NCBI GenBank assembly: GCA_903842365.1
Contig: CAIMLU010000018.1
Coordinates: 1-57,180, forward strand
DNA length: 57,180 nt
Reading direction: 5' to 3'
From: an uncultured bacterium
Lineage (GTDB): Bacteria > Patescibacteriota > Minisyncoccia > Phycocordibacterales > UBA6065
Shown: positions 19,017-30,132 of the stretch, piece by piece
Position numbering within the stretch: position 1 is the stretch's first letter
Layout: every line of letters begins with the position of its first letter
Position numbers and translations under genes: made by a program
Notes under the pieces: model-generated
What the model saw: the letters and a program-made list of their open reading frames with translations, nothing else
What the model was told of the DNA's origin: nothing
Database searches by the model: none

Positions 19017-20027
19017 ATGGAACGTTTTGGCCAAGATACGACATTTCGAATTGGGGGCGACGCATCGCGCGTCGCTTTCATTGATTCTCTTCCAACTCTC
19101 AAACATGAATTTTCCCGTGTGAAGGAAAATGGAGAACCCTTTTTTGTGCTTGGTGGTGGGTCAAATCTTCTTGTACTTGATAGTGGTTTTGCTGGAGCTG
19201 TTTTTAAAATGGGTATCCGTGGAACTGAGATTATCCACGAAGATAGTTCATCGGTTGTCGTAAAAGTTGGGGCGGGGGAAGTGTGGGATGAATTTGTTGC
19301 ATGGACTGTTGAACGTGAATTTTGGGGTATTGAAAACCTTTCGTGTATTCCTGGAACGGTAGGAGCCGCACCTGTCCAAAACATTGGTGCGTATGGGGTT
19401 GAAGCGAAAGACGTTATTGAATCTGTAGAAGTTTTTAATGCGAAGACGGGTGAAGTTTCAAAAATGACTCACGATGAATGTTCTTTTGGTTATCGTGATA
19501 GTTTTTTTAAGAGGCAAGGAAATAAGCATTTCGTTGTTATATCTGTCGCATTTAAATTGACTAAAATTCCCCAGCCAAACGTTGGGTATAAAGATGTCGC
19601 TTCTTTTTTTACCGAAAGAGAAATTAAAAACCCTGGAATCATAGATATTCGTTCGGCAATTGTTGTTATCCGTTCGGCAAAATTCCCTAATCTGAATAAA
19701 GAAGGAACTGCCGGTTCGTTCTGGAAGAATCCGGTTGTTTCCAATTCAGAATATGAACGATTGGTTACCTTGTACCCTGGACTACCAGCATTTCCTACGT
19801 CACCTGGGTATGTAAAGGTGCCCTTGGCTTGGATTTTGGATAATGTTTGCGGGCTTAAGGGGTATACTCAAGATGGTGTTCGATTGTTTGAGAAACAGCC
19901 GCTTGTTCTTGTTGCACAATTTAACGCACGTGCCGAGGATGTTGTTGGGTTGGCGAAGAAAGTTGAGCTCGCTGTGTTTAGTAAGACTCAAATACAGATT
20001 GAAAGGGAGGTTGAATACGTTGGTTAG
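19017..20027 (+). CDS. murB: UDP-N-acetylenolpyruvoylglucosamine reductase
   Basis: TTFRIGGDA, FFVLGGGSNLL and IPGTVGAAPVQNIGAYG motifs. The ATG at 19017 is preferred because the 18957 start overlaps the upstream gene. Confidence 0.87.
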   Translation: MERFGQDTTFRIGGDASRVAFIDSLPTLKHEFSRVKENGEPFFVLGGGSNLLVLDSGFAGAVFKMGIRGTEIIHEDSSSVVVKVGAGEVWDEFVAWTVEREFWGIENLSCIPGTVGAAPVQNIGAYGVEAKDVIESVEVFNAKTGEVSKMTHDECSFGYRDSFFKRQGNKHFVVISVAFKLTKIPQPNVGYKDVASFFTEREIKNPGIIDIRSAIVVIRSAKFPNLNKEGTAGSFWKNPVVSNSEYERLVTLYPGLPAFPTSPGYVKVPLAWILDNVCGLKGYTQDGVRLFEKQPLVLVAQFNARAEDVVGLAKKVELAVFSKTQIQIEREVEYVG

Positions 20028-20092
20028 GCTCCAATTTTATACCACATTCTCCGCGTGCTTTTTGGTGTTTTTATATGGTAAAATGCCGAACT

Positions 20093-22621
20093 ATGGCAGG
20101 AATATTCAAAAAACTATTCGGTGACGATAATACAAGGACAGTTAAGGCAATACAGCCTATTATCCTTGAAATAAATAAATTTGAGACTGAGGTCTCGGTG
20201 CTTTCACCTGGGGAAATAAAGGAAAAGACGAATGAATTAAAAGCACGGATTGCAAAAGGTGAGACGCTTGACTCGGTGTTGCCGTACGCGTACGCCCTCG
20301 TTCGTGAAGCAGCAAAGAGAACCTTGGGTCAGAGGCATTTCGATGTACAGCTTATTGGAGGTGTCATTATGCACCGTGGTGGTATTGCCGAGATGCGAAC
20401 CGGTGAAGGAAAGACGCTTGTCGCCACACTCCCTGCGTACTTAAATGCGTTATCAGGAAAAGGTGTTCACGTTATTACGGTGAACGATTATTTGGCACGC
20501 CGCGATGCTTCATGGATGGGGCAGGTGTATGACGCACTCGGCCTTTCTGTTGGAATTATTGCGCATGATGAATCATCGTTGTATGACAAGACCGCAGGTG
20601 TTTCAAAAGAAGAAGAGGAAAAACTTGACGCAGAGCGCGATGAAAAAGGTTCATTTAAAGTTGAACGTGAGTTTTTGCGTCCCGTATCAAGAAAAGAGGC
20701 TTACGGTGCAGATATAACATACGGAACAAATAGCGAATTTGGCTTTGATTACTTGCGTGATAATTTGAGCTATATAAAAGAAGATGTTCGCCAGCGTGGG
20801 TGGAATTGCGCCATTGTTGATGAAATTGACTCTATTTTGATCGACGAGGCTCGCACCCCACTCATCATTTCCGCACCAACACGTGAGGGTGAATCACTCT
20901 ATCAAATGTTTGCTTCAATTGTAGAGGGCCTTCGTGAGGGTGATCACTATACCGTAGACGAAAAGCATAAAACTATCATGCTTACTGATGCAGGTATTGG
21001 GGAAGCAGAGAAGAAGTTGGGCGTAGGGAATATTTATACGGATAGAGGTGTTCGTTACGTACATCATCTCGAAACAGCCGTTCGCGCAAAGGCTCTTTTT
21101 AAGCTTGATAAAAATTATGTCGTGCGTGACAATCAGATTATTATCGTCGATGAATTCACTGGCAGGATGCAACCAGGTAGGCGTTGGTCAGAAGGTCTTC
21201 ATCAGGCGATTGAGGCAAAGGAAGGTGTGATGATCCAGCAGGAGACTCGTACATACGCGTCGATTACATATCAGAATTACTTTAGGCAGTATGGAAAATT
21301 AGCTGGCATGACCGGTACCGCTCTTACCTCTTCTGAGGAGTTTTTCAAGGTGTACCGTTTAAATACTGTTTCGATTCCTACAAATAAGCCCATTGCTCGT
21401 AAAGATGGAAATGATCTTATTTTCCAAACCGAAAAAGGAAAGTGGCAGGCAATTGCTCGTAAGGTAAAAGAGCTTAATGAGAAAGGTCAACCAGTGCTCA
21501 TTGGTACCGTTTCAATCGAGCGTAATGAATTACTCTCGGCGTATTTGAAGCGCGAAGGCGTGAGGCATGAAGTGTTGAATGCAAAAAACCACGAACGTGA
21601 AGCAGAAATAATCGCACAGGCAGGTAGGTTTGGTGCAGTTACTATTGCAACAAACATGGCTGGTCGTGGTGTTGATATTAAACTCGGCGGTATCCCCGTT
21701 GTGTCTGAAGAGGCTGAGAAAGTTCGTAACGTTGGTGGGCTTTTTGTGCTCGGCACAGAGCGTCATGATGCTCGACGTATTGATAACCAATTACGCGGTC
21801 GTGCTGGTCGACAGGGTGATCCAGGCGAGACACAATTTTTTGTATCACTCGAAGATGATTTGATGCGTGTTTTTGCATCAGATACACTCAAACGCATGAT
21901 GGGAAGGTTTGGTATACCCGAAGATCAGCCAATTGAAAATGGGATTGTTACCAAATCTCTTGAAACAGCGCAGTCACGAATTGAAGGGTTTAACTTTGAT
22001 GCCCGTAAACACGTGCTCGAATTTGATGATGTTATGAACCTCCATAGAAAGACTGTGTATGAACGCAGGAGAAAGATGCTCTTCGCTTCGTCTGATGAGG
22101 TGTTAGCTGAACTCAATTCAATTATCGATCTAAATGATGCTGAATTTGTTAAGGGGCTTAAGGATAAGGAGGAAAAAATTGGACGTGATAATTTTGCGCA
22201 ACTTGTTCGTTCAATGTTCTTGCAAACCATCGATATGTTCTGGGTTGATCATTTAGATATGATGGACCACCTCCGTTCAAGCGTGAACTTACGTGCGTAT
22301 GGTCAGCATGACCCACTTGTTGAATACAAGAGGGAAGGAACCATCCTTTTTAAAGGTCTCATGGCAAACGTCGATGCAAACGTTATCTCGATGATTACAT
22401 CTATTGATGCGGTTGCAAGCCAGAATCAAAATCGTGCAATGCAGGAAGCCGAAGATAGTGCGCGCGTTATAACTGGCGAAGGTTCATCATCTGTACGCAC
22501 AGGATCAGTTGTTCTTGGTCGTAACGAGAGGGTTATCGTGGTAAAAGGGACAGAAGAGAAAGAAATAAAATGGAAGAAAGTTTCTGAATACGAAAAGGAT
22601 GGGTGGAAAATAAAAGGGTAA
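20093..22621 (+). CDS. secA: preprotein translocase ATPase SecA
   Basis: MRTGEGKTLVATLPAYLNAL, DEIDSILIDEARTPLIIS and TNMAGRGVDIKLGG motifs. Starts MAGIFKKLFG at 20093. Confidence 0.96.
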   Translation: MAGIFKKLFGDDNTRTVKAIQPIILEINKFETEVSVLSPGEIKEKTNELKARIAKGETLDSVLPYAYALVREAAKRTLGQRHFDVQLIGGVIMHRGGIAEMRTGEGKTLVATLPAYLNALSGKGVHVITVNDYLARRDASWMGQVYDALGLSVGIIAHDESSLYDKTAGVSKEEEEKLDAERDEKGSFKVEREFLRPVSRKEAYGADITYGTNSEFGFDYLRDNLSYIKEDVRQRGWNCAIVDEIDSILIDEARTPLIISAPTREGESLYQMFASIVEGLREGDHYTVDEKHKTIMLTDAGIGEAEKKLGVGNIYTDRGVRYVHHLETAVRAKALFKLDKNYVVRDNQIIIVDEFTGRMQPGRRWSEGLHQAIEAKEGVMIQQETRTYASITYQNYFRQYGKLAGMTGTALTSSEEFFKVYRLNTVSIPTNKPIARKDGNDLIFQTEKGKWQAIARKVKELNEKGQPVLIGTVSIERNELLSAYLKREGVRHEVLNAKNHEREAEIIAQAGRFGAVTIATNMAGRGVDIKLGGIPVVSEEAEKVRNVGGLFVLGTERHDARRIDNQLRGRAGRQGDPGETQFFVSLEDDLMRVFASDTLKRMMGRFGIPEDQPIENGIVTKSLETAQSRIEGFNFDARKHVLEFDDVMNLHRKTVYERRRKMLFASSDEVLAELNSIIDLNDAEFVKGLKDKEEKIGRDNFAQLVRSMFLQTIDMFWVDHLDMMDHLRSSVNLRAYGQHDPLVEYKREGTILFKGLMANVDANVISMITSIDAVASQNQNRAMQEAEDSARVITGEGSSSVRTGSVVLGRNERVIVVKGTEEKEIKWKKVSEYEKDGWKIKG

Positions 22622-22646
22622 TACGTGATAGAATAGTTCTATAGTT

Positions 22647-23204
22647 ATGGAAGCTTTAATCGCTCACCTTGGGTATTCTGGATTAGCACTTGGCGCCTTC
22701 TTGGAGGGTGAAGCCGTTGTTGCTATGTCTGGCTTTTTGGCACATGCACACTACCTTAATGTGTATTGGGTATGTGTCATTGCTGGTTTGGCTACCTTTA
22801 TAGGTGACCAAACATTTTTCATGCTCGGCCGTAAGCACGGTGATTGGGTTATTGGAAAATTTCCTGGATTTGGGCGCAAGGTGAATCGTGCAAAAGAGCT
22901 TATAACGAAACATCAACACGTTATTATGGCTGGTTTTAGGTTTGCTTATGGATTGCGTATTGCAACACTCTTTGCGCTCGGTGCGAGTGGTATTCGTTTC
23001 AAAAAATTCTTTTTTTGGAATGTTTTCAACTCCGTTGTTTGGACACTCTTTTTTGTTTTTGGTGGTTATTATTTCGGGGAAGTGTTTGGTAGATATATAC
23101 GAAGTTTTAGGAAGGAATTTATTTTGTATGGAGGTGGTGTGCTTGTGCTTATCTGGGGGTATGCAATGGTGAGATCGTTCATTAAGGATATGAAAAATAA
23201 TTAA
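22647..23204 (+). CDS. DedA-family membrane protein
   Basis: 185 aa with the DedA-like pattern LEGEAVV...GDQTFFMLGRKHG...FRFAYGLR. Confidence 0.78.
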   Translation: MEALIAHLGYSGLALGAFLEGEAVVAMSGFLAHAHYLNVYWVCVIAGLATFIGDQTFFMLGRKHGDWVIGKFPGFGRKVNRAKELITKHQHVIMAGFRFAYGLRIATLFALGASGIRFKKFFFWNVFNSVVWTLFFVFGGYYFGEVFGRYIRSFRKEFILYGGGVLVLIWGYAMVRSFIKDMKNN

Positions 23205-23209
23205 CGGAT

Positions 23210-23647
23210 ATGATTACGAAAATAAAATTTTACGCTAAATCTACCTTTAAATTTTTTGATAAGTTTGAAGATACTGTTCGGGAGAACTTGTCCAGAGTTC
23301 CTATTATTTATGCATTCATTGGTGGGACTGCCGTTGTGCTCTTTTGGAGGTCTGTGTGGCACATGGCTGATGTCCTCGAGCAAACTCCTAATTTAATTGG
23401 GTGGTTTTTTACCCCTGAGGTCCAGCTGTTTGCAATGTCTACAATACTTCTTTCAACAGGTGTTATGGTCTCAACCTTTATTGGTGAACGTATTATCTTG
23501 TCCGGACTCAAACATGAGCATAAGCTTGAAGCAAAAACTGAGTCCGAGGTTCATTCGGAGATAGCAACGCTCGTTCGTATAGAGGAACGATTGAGTGTTA
23601 TTGAGAATAGATTGGCGAAGGTTGATGATATAGAGATTGATTCATAG
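23210..23647 (+). CDS. hypothetical two-TM membrane protein with a C-terminal coiled coil
   Basis: 145 aa with two hydrophobic helices and a heptad-like tail. No homology recognised. Confidence 0.5.
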   Translation: MITKIKFYAKSTFKFFDKFEDTVRENLSRVPIIYAFIGGTAVVLFWRSVWHMADVLEQTPNLIGWFFTPEVQLFAMSTILLSTGVMVSTFIGERIILSGLKHEHKLEAKTESEVHSEIATLVRIEERLSVIENRLAKVDDIEIDS

Positions 23648-23649
23648 GA

Positions 23650-23700
23650 AATAACTCATACAAAAAAAACGCCCAAGGGCGTTTTTTTGTATGAGTTATT
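23650..23700. terminator. bidirectional terminator formed by a perfect 24-bp palindrome
   Basis: aataactcatacaaaaaaaacgccc aa gggcgtttttttgtatgagttatt. The gpmI stop codon lies inside the right arm. Confidence 0.78.
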
Positions 23701-25222
23701 TCCACTCTTCAATAAGTGAAACACCGGTCATTGCTTCTGGTTTCTGGAGCCCAATGAGTTCAAGGATGGTTGGGGCGATATCTGCGAGACCTCCTTCTGC
23801 ACGGAGGAATACATTAGGAAGAGTGATAATTGCTGGAACGAGATTCAATGTGTGTGATGTGTGTTTTTCACCTGTCTCTGGGTCAATATTTAATTCAGCA
23901 TTACCATGGTCAGCGGTCACAAATGCTACACCGCCACGTTTTGTAAGGGCTGTAACTACGCGTTCAAGATTTTTATCTGCTGTTTCAACTGCCTTGATGA
24001 TTGCTGGTACATTTGCAGTGTGTCCAACCATATCTGCGTTTGCAAAGTTAATGAAGATGAAATTGGTGCCCGCTTCAATTTCCTCAATTGCTTTATCAGC
24101 GATTGCCTCGGCACGCATTTCAGGTGCTTCATCGTGTGTTTTTACATCCTTGCGACTTGCAAGGAGGATGTGCTTTTCGCCTGGGTATGGTTTTTCAACA
24201 CCACCATTCAGAAAATAAGTTGCGTGGGGAAATTTTTCTGTCTCCGCGAGGTGAGCTTGGGTAAAACCTGCGTTTGAAACCTCTTTTGCGATTGTTGTTT
24301 TTGGTGCGAGAGGTGGGAAGGCGACTAGGGTATTGTATTCTGATTTATATTCAGCAAGTGTTGCAAAACAAAGTTCAAGTTCATCTCTCTTTGCGATAAT
24401 GCGTTCTGACAATTCACGTGCACGATCTGCACGGAAATTTGTGAAGAAAATAGCATCACCTTTTTGTATTGGTGCTCCTACACCAACAGTTGTCTTGCAT
24501 ACAAAAGGAATGAGTAACTCATCGATAACTTTTGTTGCATAAAGTGATTGAAGGTGTGCAGATGGATTTTCCTCACAAATGAAAGGTGCTTTGCCTTCGA
24601 ATATTGCATCTTCGGCAAGTGTAATACGATCCCAGTTCTTGTCACGATCCATTGCATAGTAACGACCAGATACGGTTGCAATAAAACCAAGGCCAATTTC
24701 TTTTATCGCAGACTCAAGCTCTTTAAGATATCCGACACCACTCTGCGGTAGGGTATCACGTCCATCCATAAATGCATGAATAGCAAGTTTCTGTACACCA
24801 GCTGCCTTTGCGGCTTTTATGAATGCAATAAGGTGATTGCTATGTGCGTGGACGCCACCATCACCAATAAGACCCATAACATGAAGTGTTGAGTTGTTCT
24901 TTTTTACTTGGTTAAACGTTGCGACTACTGCGGGGTTTTTTGCAAAGTCGCCATTTTCGATTGCTTTTGCAATACGGACAAGGTCGGTATCAATTACTGT
25001 TCCAGCACCAATGGTAGTGTGCCCGATTTCACTGTTGCCCATCTGTCCAGAAGGAAGGCCAACGAAGGGTCCTGATGCTTCAAGGAGAGTGTGTGGGTAT
25101 TTTGTCCAGAGTGAATCAAAGAAAGGTTTCTGTGAGGAAGCAATAGCATTGTTTGTAGTATCCTCGCGGTGACCCCAGCCATCGAGGACGATAAGGGCGA
25201 CTTGATGTTGTACTTGCGACAT
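23696..25222 (-). CDS. gpmI: 2,3-bisphosphoglycerate-independent phosphoglycerate mutase
   Basis: LIVLDGWG, GNSEIGHTTIGAG and TADHGNAE motifs; 508 aa. Confidence 0.96.
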   Translation of the reverse strand: MSQVQHQVALIVLDGWGHREDTTNNAIASSQKPFFDSLWTKYPHTLLEASGPFVGLPSGQMGNSEIGHTTIGAGTVIDTDLVRIAKAIENGDFAKNPAVVATFNQVKKNNSTLHVMGLIGDGGVHAHSNHLIAFIKAAKAAGVQKLAIHAFMDGRDTLPQSGVGYLKELESAIKEIGLGFIATVSGRYYAMDRDKNWDRITLAEDAIFEGKAPFICEENPSAHLQSLYATKVIDELLIPFVCKTTVGVGAPIQKGDAIFFTNFRADRARELSERIIAKRDELELCFATLAEYKSEYNTLVAFPPLAPKTTIAKEVSNAGFTQAHLAETEKFPHATYFLNGGVEKPYPGEKHILLASRKDVKTHDEAPEMRAEAIADKAIEEIEAGTNFIFINFANADMVGHTANVPAIIKAVETADKNLERVVTALTKRGGVAFVTADHGNAELNIDPETGEKHTSHTLNLVPAIITLPNVFLRAEGGLADIAPTILELIGLQKPEAMTGVSLIEEWK

Positions 25223-25421
25223 AATATGTGGATTAGGTTAACGGCATTTATTGTACTGGTTTGTGGTAGAAAATCCATCCCATCTTTGATAGTGGATATC
25301 TCATTTGACGGTTTATGGATGGGGTGTTCAAATCATGTCTAAGAGTTGTTCATTGGCAATCGAGTAATCCCATAGATTACCCCAAATAGAGCGACTTAAC
25401 TCAACAGCAAAAGAGGTCCCC

Positions 25422-25703
25422 ATGCCCGCAAAAAAAACGATAGCAACCCTTGATCAGGTTGCTGATGTCATTGAGGCTAAATCAAGATCGACCGGTTCTT
25501 CCGGTAAGAGTTTCATCGATACAGAGATGATGGCTGGAGTCGGTATCGACATGGAAGAGTATCCTGAGCCTGGTAGGTCGAGAGATGAGCCAATCAATGC
25601 TCAGGAAATACCCGACGCGAGTATTGAGGGTGCTGATGCATTCCTTGTTCAGGTGTATGCGATATCCAATGATCCTTTTTTTGATCCAAGTAGGACTGGG
25701 TAA
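25422..25703 (+). CDS. small acidic hypothetical protein
   Basis: 93-aa ORF followed by the terminator at 25715-25753. No homology recognised. Confidence 0.4.
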   Translation: MPAKKTIATLDQVADVIEAKSRSTGSSGKSFIDTEMMAGVGIDMEEYPEPGRSRDEPINAQEIPDASIEGADAFLVQVYAISNDPFFDPSRTG

Positions 25704-25714
25704 TTTCACGAGGT

Positions 25715-25753
25715 ATACCCCTGAATGTTTATAAGCGTTCAGGGGTATTTTTA
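25715..25753 (+). terminator. rho-independent terminator
   Basis: atacccctgaa / ttcaggggtat stem followed by ttttt. Confidence 0.6.
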
Positions 25754-25760
25754 TACAAAA

Positions 25761-25791
25761 GATGAGCGGAAAGCTTTGCTTTCCGCTCATC
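25761..25791 (-). terminator. terminator downstream of eno
   Basis: gatgagcggaaagc / gctttccgctcatc stem with T-runs on both strands. Confidence 0.6.
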
Positions 25792-25803
25792 TTTTCTTTT
25801 TCC

Positions 25804-27532
<1,729 letters not shown>

Positions 27533-27543
27533 GCGCTAATGAT

Positions 27544-28440
27544 ATGGGATTGTTCTCAAAAAAATACACGGTTGGTGTCCATAATGGCTCGTTTCATGCT
27601 GATGATGCATTTGCGGTAGCAACACTTTCAATTCTCCTTCAGGGTGATATTCAAATTATTCGTACACGTAACTCTGAAGAGCTTTCACGGTGTGATTACG
27701 TTGTTGATGTTGGTTCTATATACAAGCCTACGGACAAACGGTTTGATCACCATCAAAAAGGTGGTGCTGGTGAGCGTGAGAATGGTGTTCCATATGCTGC
27801 TTTTGGTCTAGTTTGGAAAGAGTACGGTGAACGTATCTGTGGCGATGTACGTGTTGCGCAAAAAATCGATCACGACCTTGTCCAGTTTGTAGATGTAATG
27901 GATAACGGTGTTGGTAAATCGGTACCGGTGATAGCAGATGTATATTCTTTTGATGTATGTTCAGTTATCGCGCTCATGAACCCTTCAGGGGGTGAAGAAA
28001 GAGTTGTGAATGAATATTTCAATCGAGCTGTTGATTTTGCAAAGAATACAATCGAGCAGTGTGTCTGGAGCTTTAGAATGCTTTTTGTCGGAGAATCACT
28101 TATTGATGATGCTTATATAAAATCAGAAGATAAGAGGTTTATTGTTCTCGAAGAGGATGTCGAATGGCGAGAGATAGTTCCTAAGTACAAAGACGTTCTC
28201 TTTGTTGTTGAGGGTACATCTCATGCGGATCAGTGGAAGGTGAGGGCGGTCAGAGATACTGTTCACTCTTTTTTGAACAGAAAGGATTTACCTATAGGTT
28301 GGGCTGGAAAGCAAAATACAGAATTAGTAGAAGAGTCTGGTGTGCCCGATGCTTTGTTTTGTCACAACAAACGGTTTATTGCGACCGCAGGTTCAAGGGA
28401 GGGTGCAATAGCGCTCGCCAAAAAGGCGCTTGAAGCCTAG
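27544..28440 (+). CDS. MYG1/UPF0160-family metal-dependent hydrolase
   Basis: HNGSFHADDAFAV N-terminus and the FDHHQ motif. Confidence 0.8.
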   Translation: MGLFSKKYTVGVHNGSFHADDAFAVATLSILLQGDIQIIRTRNSEELSRCDYVVDVGSIYKPTDKRFDHHQKGGAGERENGVPYAAFGLVWKEYGERICGDVRVAQKIDHDLVQFVDVMDNGVGKSVPVIADVYSFDVCSVIALMNPSGGEERVVNEYFNRAVDFAKNTIEQCVWSFRMLFVGESLIDDAYIKSEDKRFIVLEEDVEWREIVPKYKDVLFVVEGTSHADQWKVRAVRDTVHSFLNRKDLPIGWAGKQNTELVEESGVPDALFCHNKRFIATAGSREGAIALAKKALEA

Positions 28441-28523
28441 TGGATAACTCATTTTCTTTTTTAGGGATAAGTCGCTAAAATCTTGATTGGATAGTTGACA
28501 GGCATTCTGTAGGTTAATCGGGG

Positions 28524-28559
28524 TCGCTATGGAATACAGTTTCCATAGCGATTTTTTTT
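28524..28559 (+). terminator. rho-independent terminator
   Basis: tcgctatggaa / ttccatagcga stem followed by tttttttt. Confidence 0.7.
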
Positions 28560-28592
28560 GTTTATTTTGACCCCTCGCTTTTTTCGTGTTTT

Positions 28593-28601
28593 TGTTATAA
28601 T
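28593..28601 (+). promoter_or_regulatory. extended -10 promoter candidate (TGtTATAAT) for obg
   Basis: tgttataat lies 11 nt upstream of the obg ATG, which implies a very short or absent leader. There is no good -35 at 17 nt spacing. Confidence 0.35.
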
Positions 28602-28612
28602 CTATCGTCATT

Positions 28613-29581
28613 ATGGCATTTGTAGATGAAATCAATATACGCCTCAAAGCAGGCGACGGTGGTGATGGTGTTGTGCGCTGGATGCACGAACGTGGAAAGG
28701 AATTCATGGGCCCTGCGGGCGGCAATGCCGGCCATGGAGGTAATGTGTTTATCGAGGGTGTACGTGATATTGGCGCATTGTTCGCTTTTAGGAATATAAA
28801 AACACTTGAAGCAGAACGTGGTCGTGATGGTGGCAGGGATAGTATGTATGGACGTGCTGGTGATGATTTGATCGTCAAAATTCCTATTGGTTCAGTGGTT
28901 AAAAACCTTGATACTGGGATGGAGATTGAAATCCTCAAAGAAGGTGAACGTGTACAGATTCTCCGCGGTGGTGGTGGTGGTTTTGGTAATGAACATTTTA
29001 AATCATCAACCAATATTGTTCCTGAGCAATCAACGAAAGGTAAAATAGGCGATGGTGCCGATTTTCATATTGAACTTCGCTTGCTCGTCGACGCTGGTTT
29101 TGCTGGTTTTCCAAACGCTGGTAAATCATCACTCTTGAATGCACTTACAAACGCAAAGGCAAAAGTAGCGAGTTATCAATTTACTACGCTCGAACCCAAT
29201 TTGGGTGACATGTATGGGTTTATTCTTGCAGATATTCCAGGTCTTATTGAGGGTGCATCAGAAGGTAAGGGGTTGGGTCACAAATTCCTTCGTCATATTG
29301 CTCGTACGAAAACGATTCTTCACTGTATTTCACTCGAGAATGAGGACATAGCTGCTGCTTACAAAACAATTCGTGCTGAGTTGGAGGCGCACAGCCCAGA
29401 ACTTGCTGCAAAGAAAGAGATTATCGTCTTGACCAAGACTGATCTTGTTGACGAAAAGATATTAAAAACACGCATCAAGGAGGCAAAGAAATTGAATCCA
29501 GATGTTATGTATGTTTCTATTATCGATGATGAACAGGTAAAAGAGTTTAGGGATAACCTTATCAAGACTCTGAGGGTTTAG
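28613..29581 (+). CDS. obg: GTPase Obg/CgtA
   Basis: FVDEINIRLKAGDGGDG Obg fold, G1 GFPNAGKSSLLNAL, G3 DIPGLIEGA, G4 TKTD. Confidence 0.95.
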   Translation: MAFVDEINIRLKAGDGGDGVVRWMHERGKEFMGPAGGNAGHGGNVFIEGVRDIGALFAFRNIKTLEAERGRDGGRDSMYGRAGDDLIVKIPIGSVVKNLDTGMEIEILKEGERVQILRGGGGGFGNEHFKSSTNIVPEQSTKGKIGDGADFHIELRLLVDAGFAGFPNAGKSSLLNALTNAKAKVASYQFTTLEPNLGDMYGFILADIPGLIEGASEGKGLGHKFLRHIARTKTILHCISLENEDIAAAYKTIRAELEAHSPELAAKKEIIVLTKTDLVDEKILKTRIKEAKKLNPDVMYVSIIDDEQVKEFRDNLIKTLRV

Positions 29582-29596
29582 GTTGGTATTCGTGCG

Positions 29597-29625
29597 TTGC
29601 TTTTTCCATTCAAGTGGTGTATAGT
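29597..29625 (+). promoter_or_regulatory. sigma70-like promoter candidate for tRNA-fMet (TTGCTT-17-TATAGT)
   Basis: Hexamers at 29597-29602 and 29620-29625. The tRNA starts 12 nt downstream. Confidence 0.3.
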
Positions 29626-29637
29626 GCTTACCTACAT

Positions 29638-29708
29638 CGCGGGGTGGAGTAATAGTAACTCACGAGGCTCATAACCTCGGGACCCTGGTGCAAATCCGGG
29701 CCCCGCAA
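29638..29708 (+). tRNA. initiator tRNA-fMet (CAT), CCA not encoded
   Basis: Hand-folded cloverleaf. C1xA72 mismatch, A11:T24 pair, and G30G31:C39C40 in the anticodon stem. Anticodon loop is CTCATAA. The D-loop (AATAGTA) and T-loop (TGCAAAT) are atypical. Confidence 0.8.
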
Positions 29709-29909
29709 CAAGAAAAACAAGACACGCACAAGCGTGTTTTTGTTTTTCTTGTTGCGGGGCAGGAAAGCAAACTGCTTTGCTTTCCGACGGATTTGCAAGA
29801 CGGAGTCATGTATTCAGCCCTGTGAATACAGACGAGTCCGGGGAGGAAGTTCTTAATGAGCGAAGCGAATTTAGAAACTTGACCTCAAATCCGGGCCCCG
29901 CAACAAGAA
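29709..29909 (+). ncRNA. tRNA-3'-linked structured element, copy E1 (unclassified)
   Basis: Terminator-like hairpin 29706-29754. Antisense to the tRNA acceptor 3' strand at 29748-29760. 10-bp hairpin at 29762-29785. Antisense to the T-loop at 29788-29797. GACGGAG core. 24-nt exact copy of the tRNA 3' end at 29886-29909. A truncated second unit follows at 29910-29958. Confidence 0.5.
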
Positions 29910-30001
29910 GAAAAATCCCCTTTAGGGGATTTTTCGTTGCGTGGCAGGAAAGTAAACCATAACCATGTTTTTGGGATTAAGATGTCTTATCGTTGGTTCT
30001 A

Positions 30002-30030
30002 TTGAAAAAAAATGAAAAACGTATTAAGAT
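30002..30030 (+). promoter_or_regulatory. sigma70-like promoter candidate for tRNA-Thr(GGT) (TTGAAA-17-TAAGAT)
   Basis: Hexamers at 30002-30007 and 30025-30030. Confidence 0.3.
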
Positions 30031-30056
30031 GACCCTCGTTCCGTTTCAAGAAAAAA

Positions 30057-30132
30057 GCCGTTGTAGCTCAGTTGGTAGAGCACGTCATTGGTAATGACGA
30101 GGTCGCCGGTTCAATCCCGGCCGACGGCTCCA
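30057..30132 (+). tRNA. tRNA-Thr (GGT), CCA encoded
   Basis: Canonical 76-nt cloverleaf: GCCGTTG acceptor, AGTTGGTA D-loop, anticodon loop TTGGTAA, T-loop TTCAATC. Confidence 0.92.

Noticed and set aside
23691-24218. 175-aa plus-strand ORF
   Set aside because: It is antisense to gpmI, has no recognisable motifs, and starts inside the bidirectional terminator palindrome.
25765-25787. ggaaagc..gctttcc hairpin of the eno terminator resembles hairpin P of element E1 (29762-29785)
   Set aside because: It is a short GC/A-rich palindrome with no adjacent tRNA, no antisense or direct-copy segments and no core motifs. It is most simply an ordinary terminator.
28393-29013. 206-aa minus-strand ORF rich in P/S/R
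   Set aside because: It is antisense to the obg Gly-rich N-terminal domain (GGN codons read as Pro/Ser on the other strand). It is low complexity and overlaps two well-supported genes.
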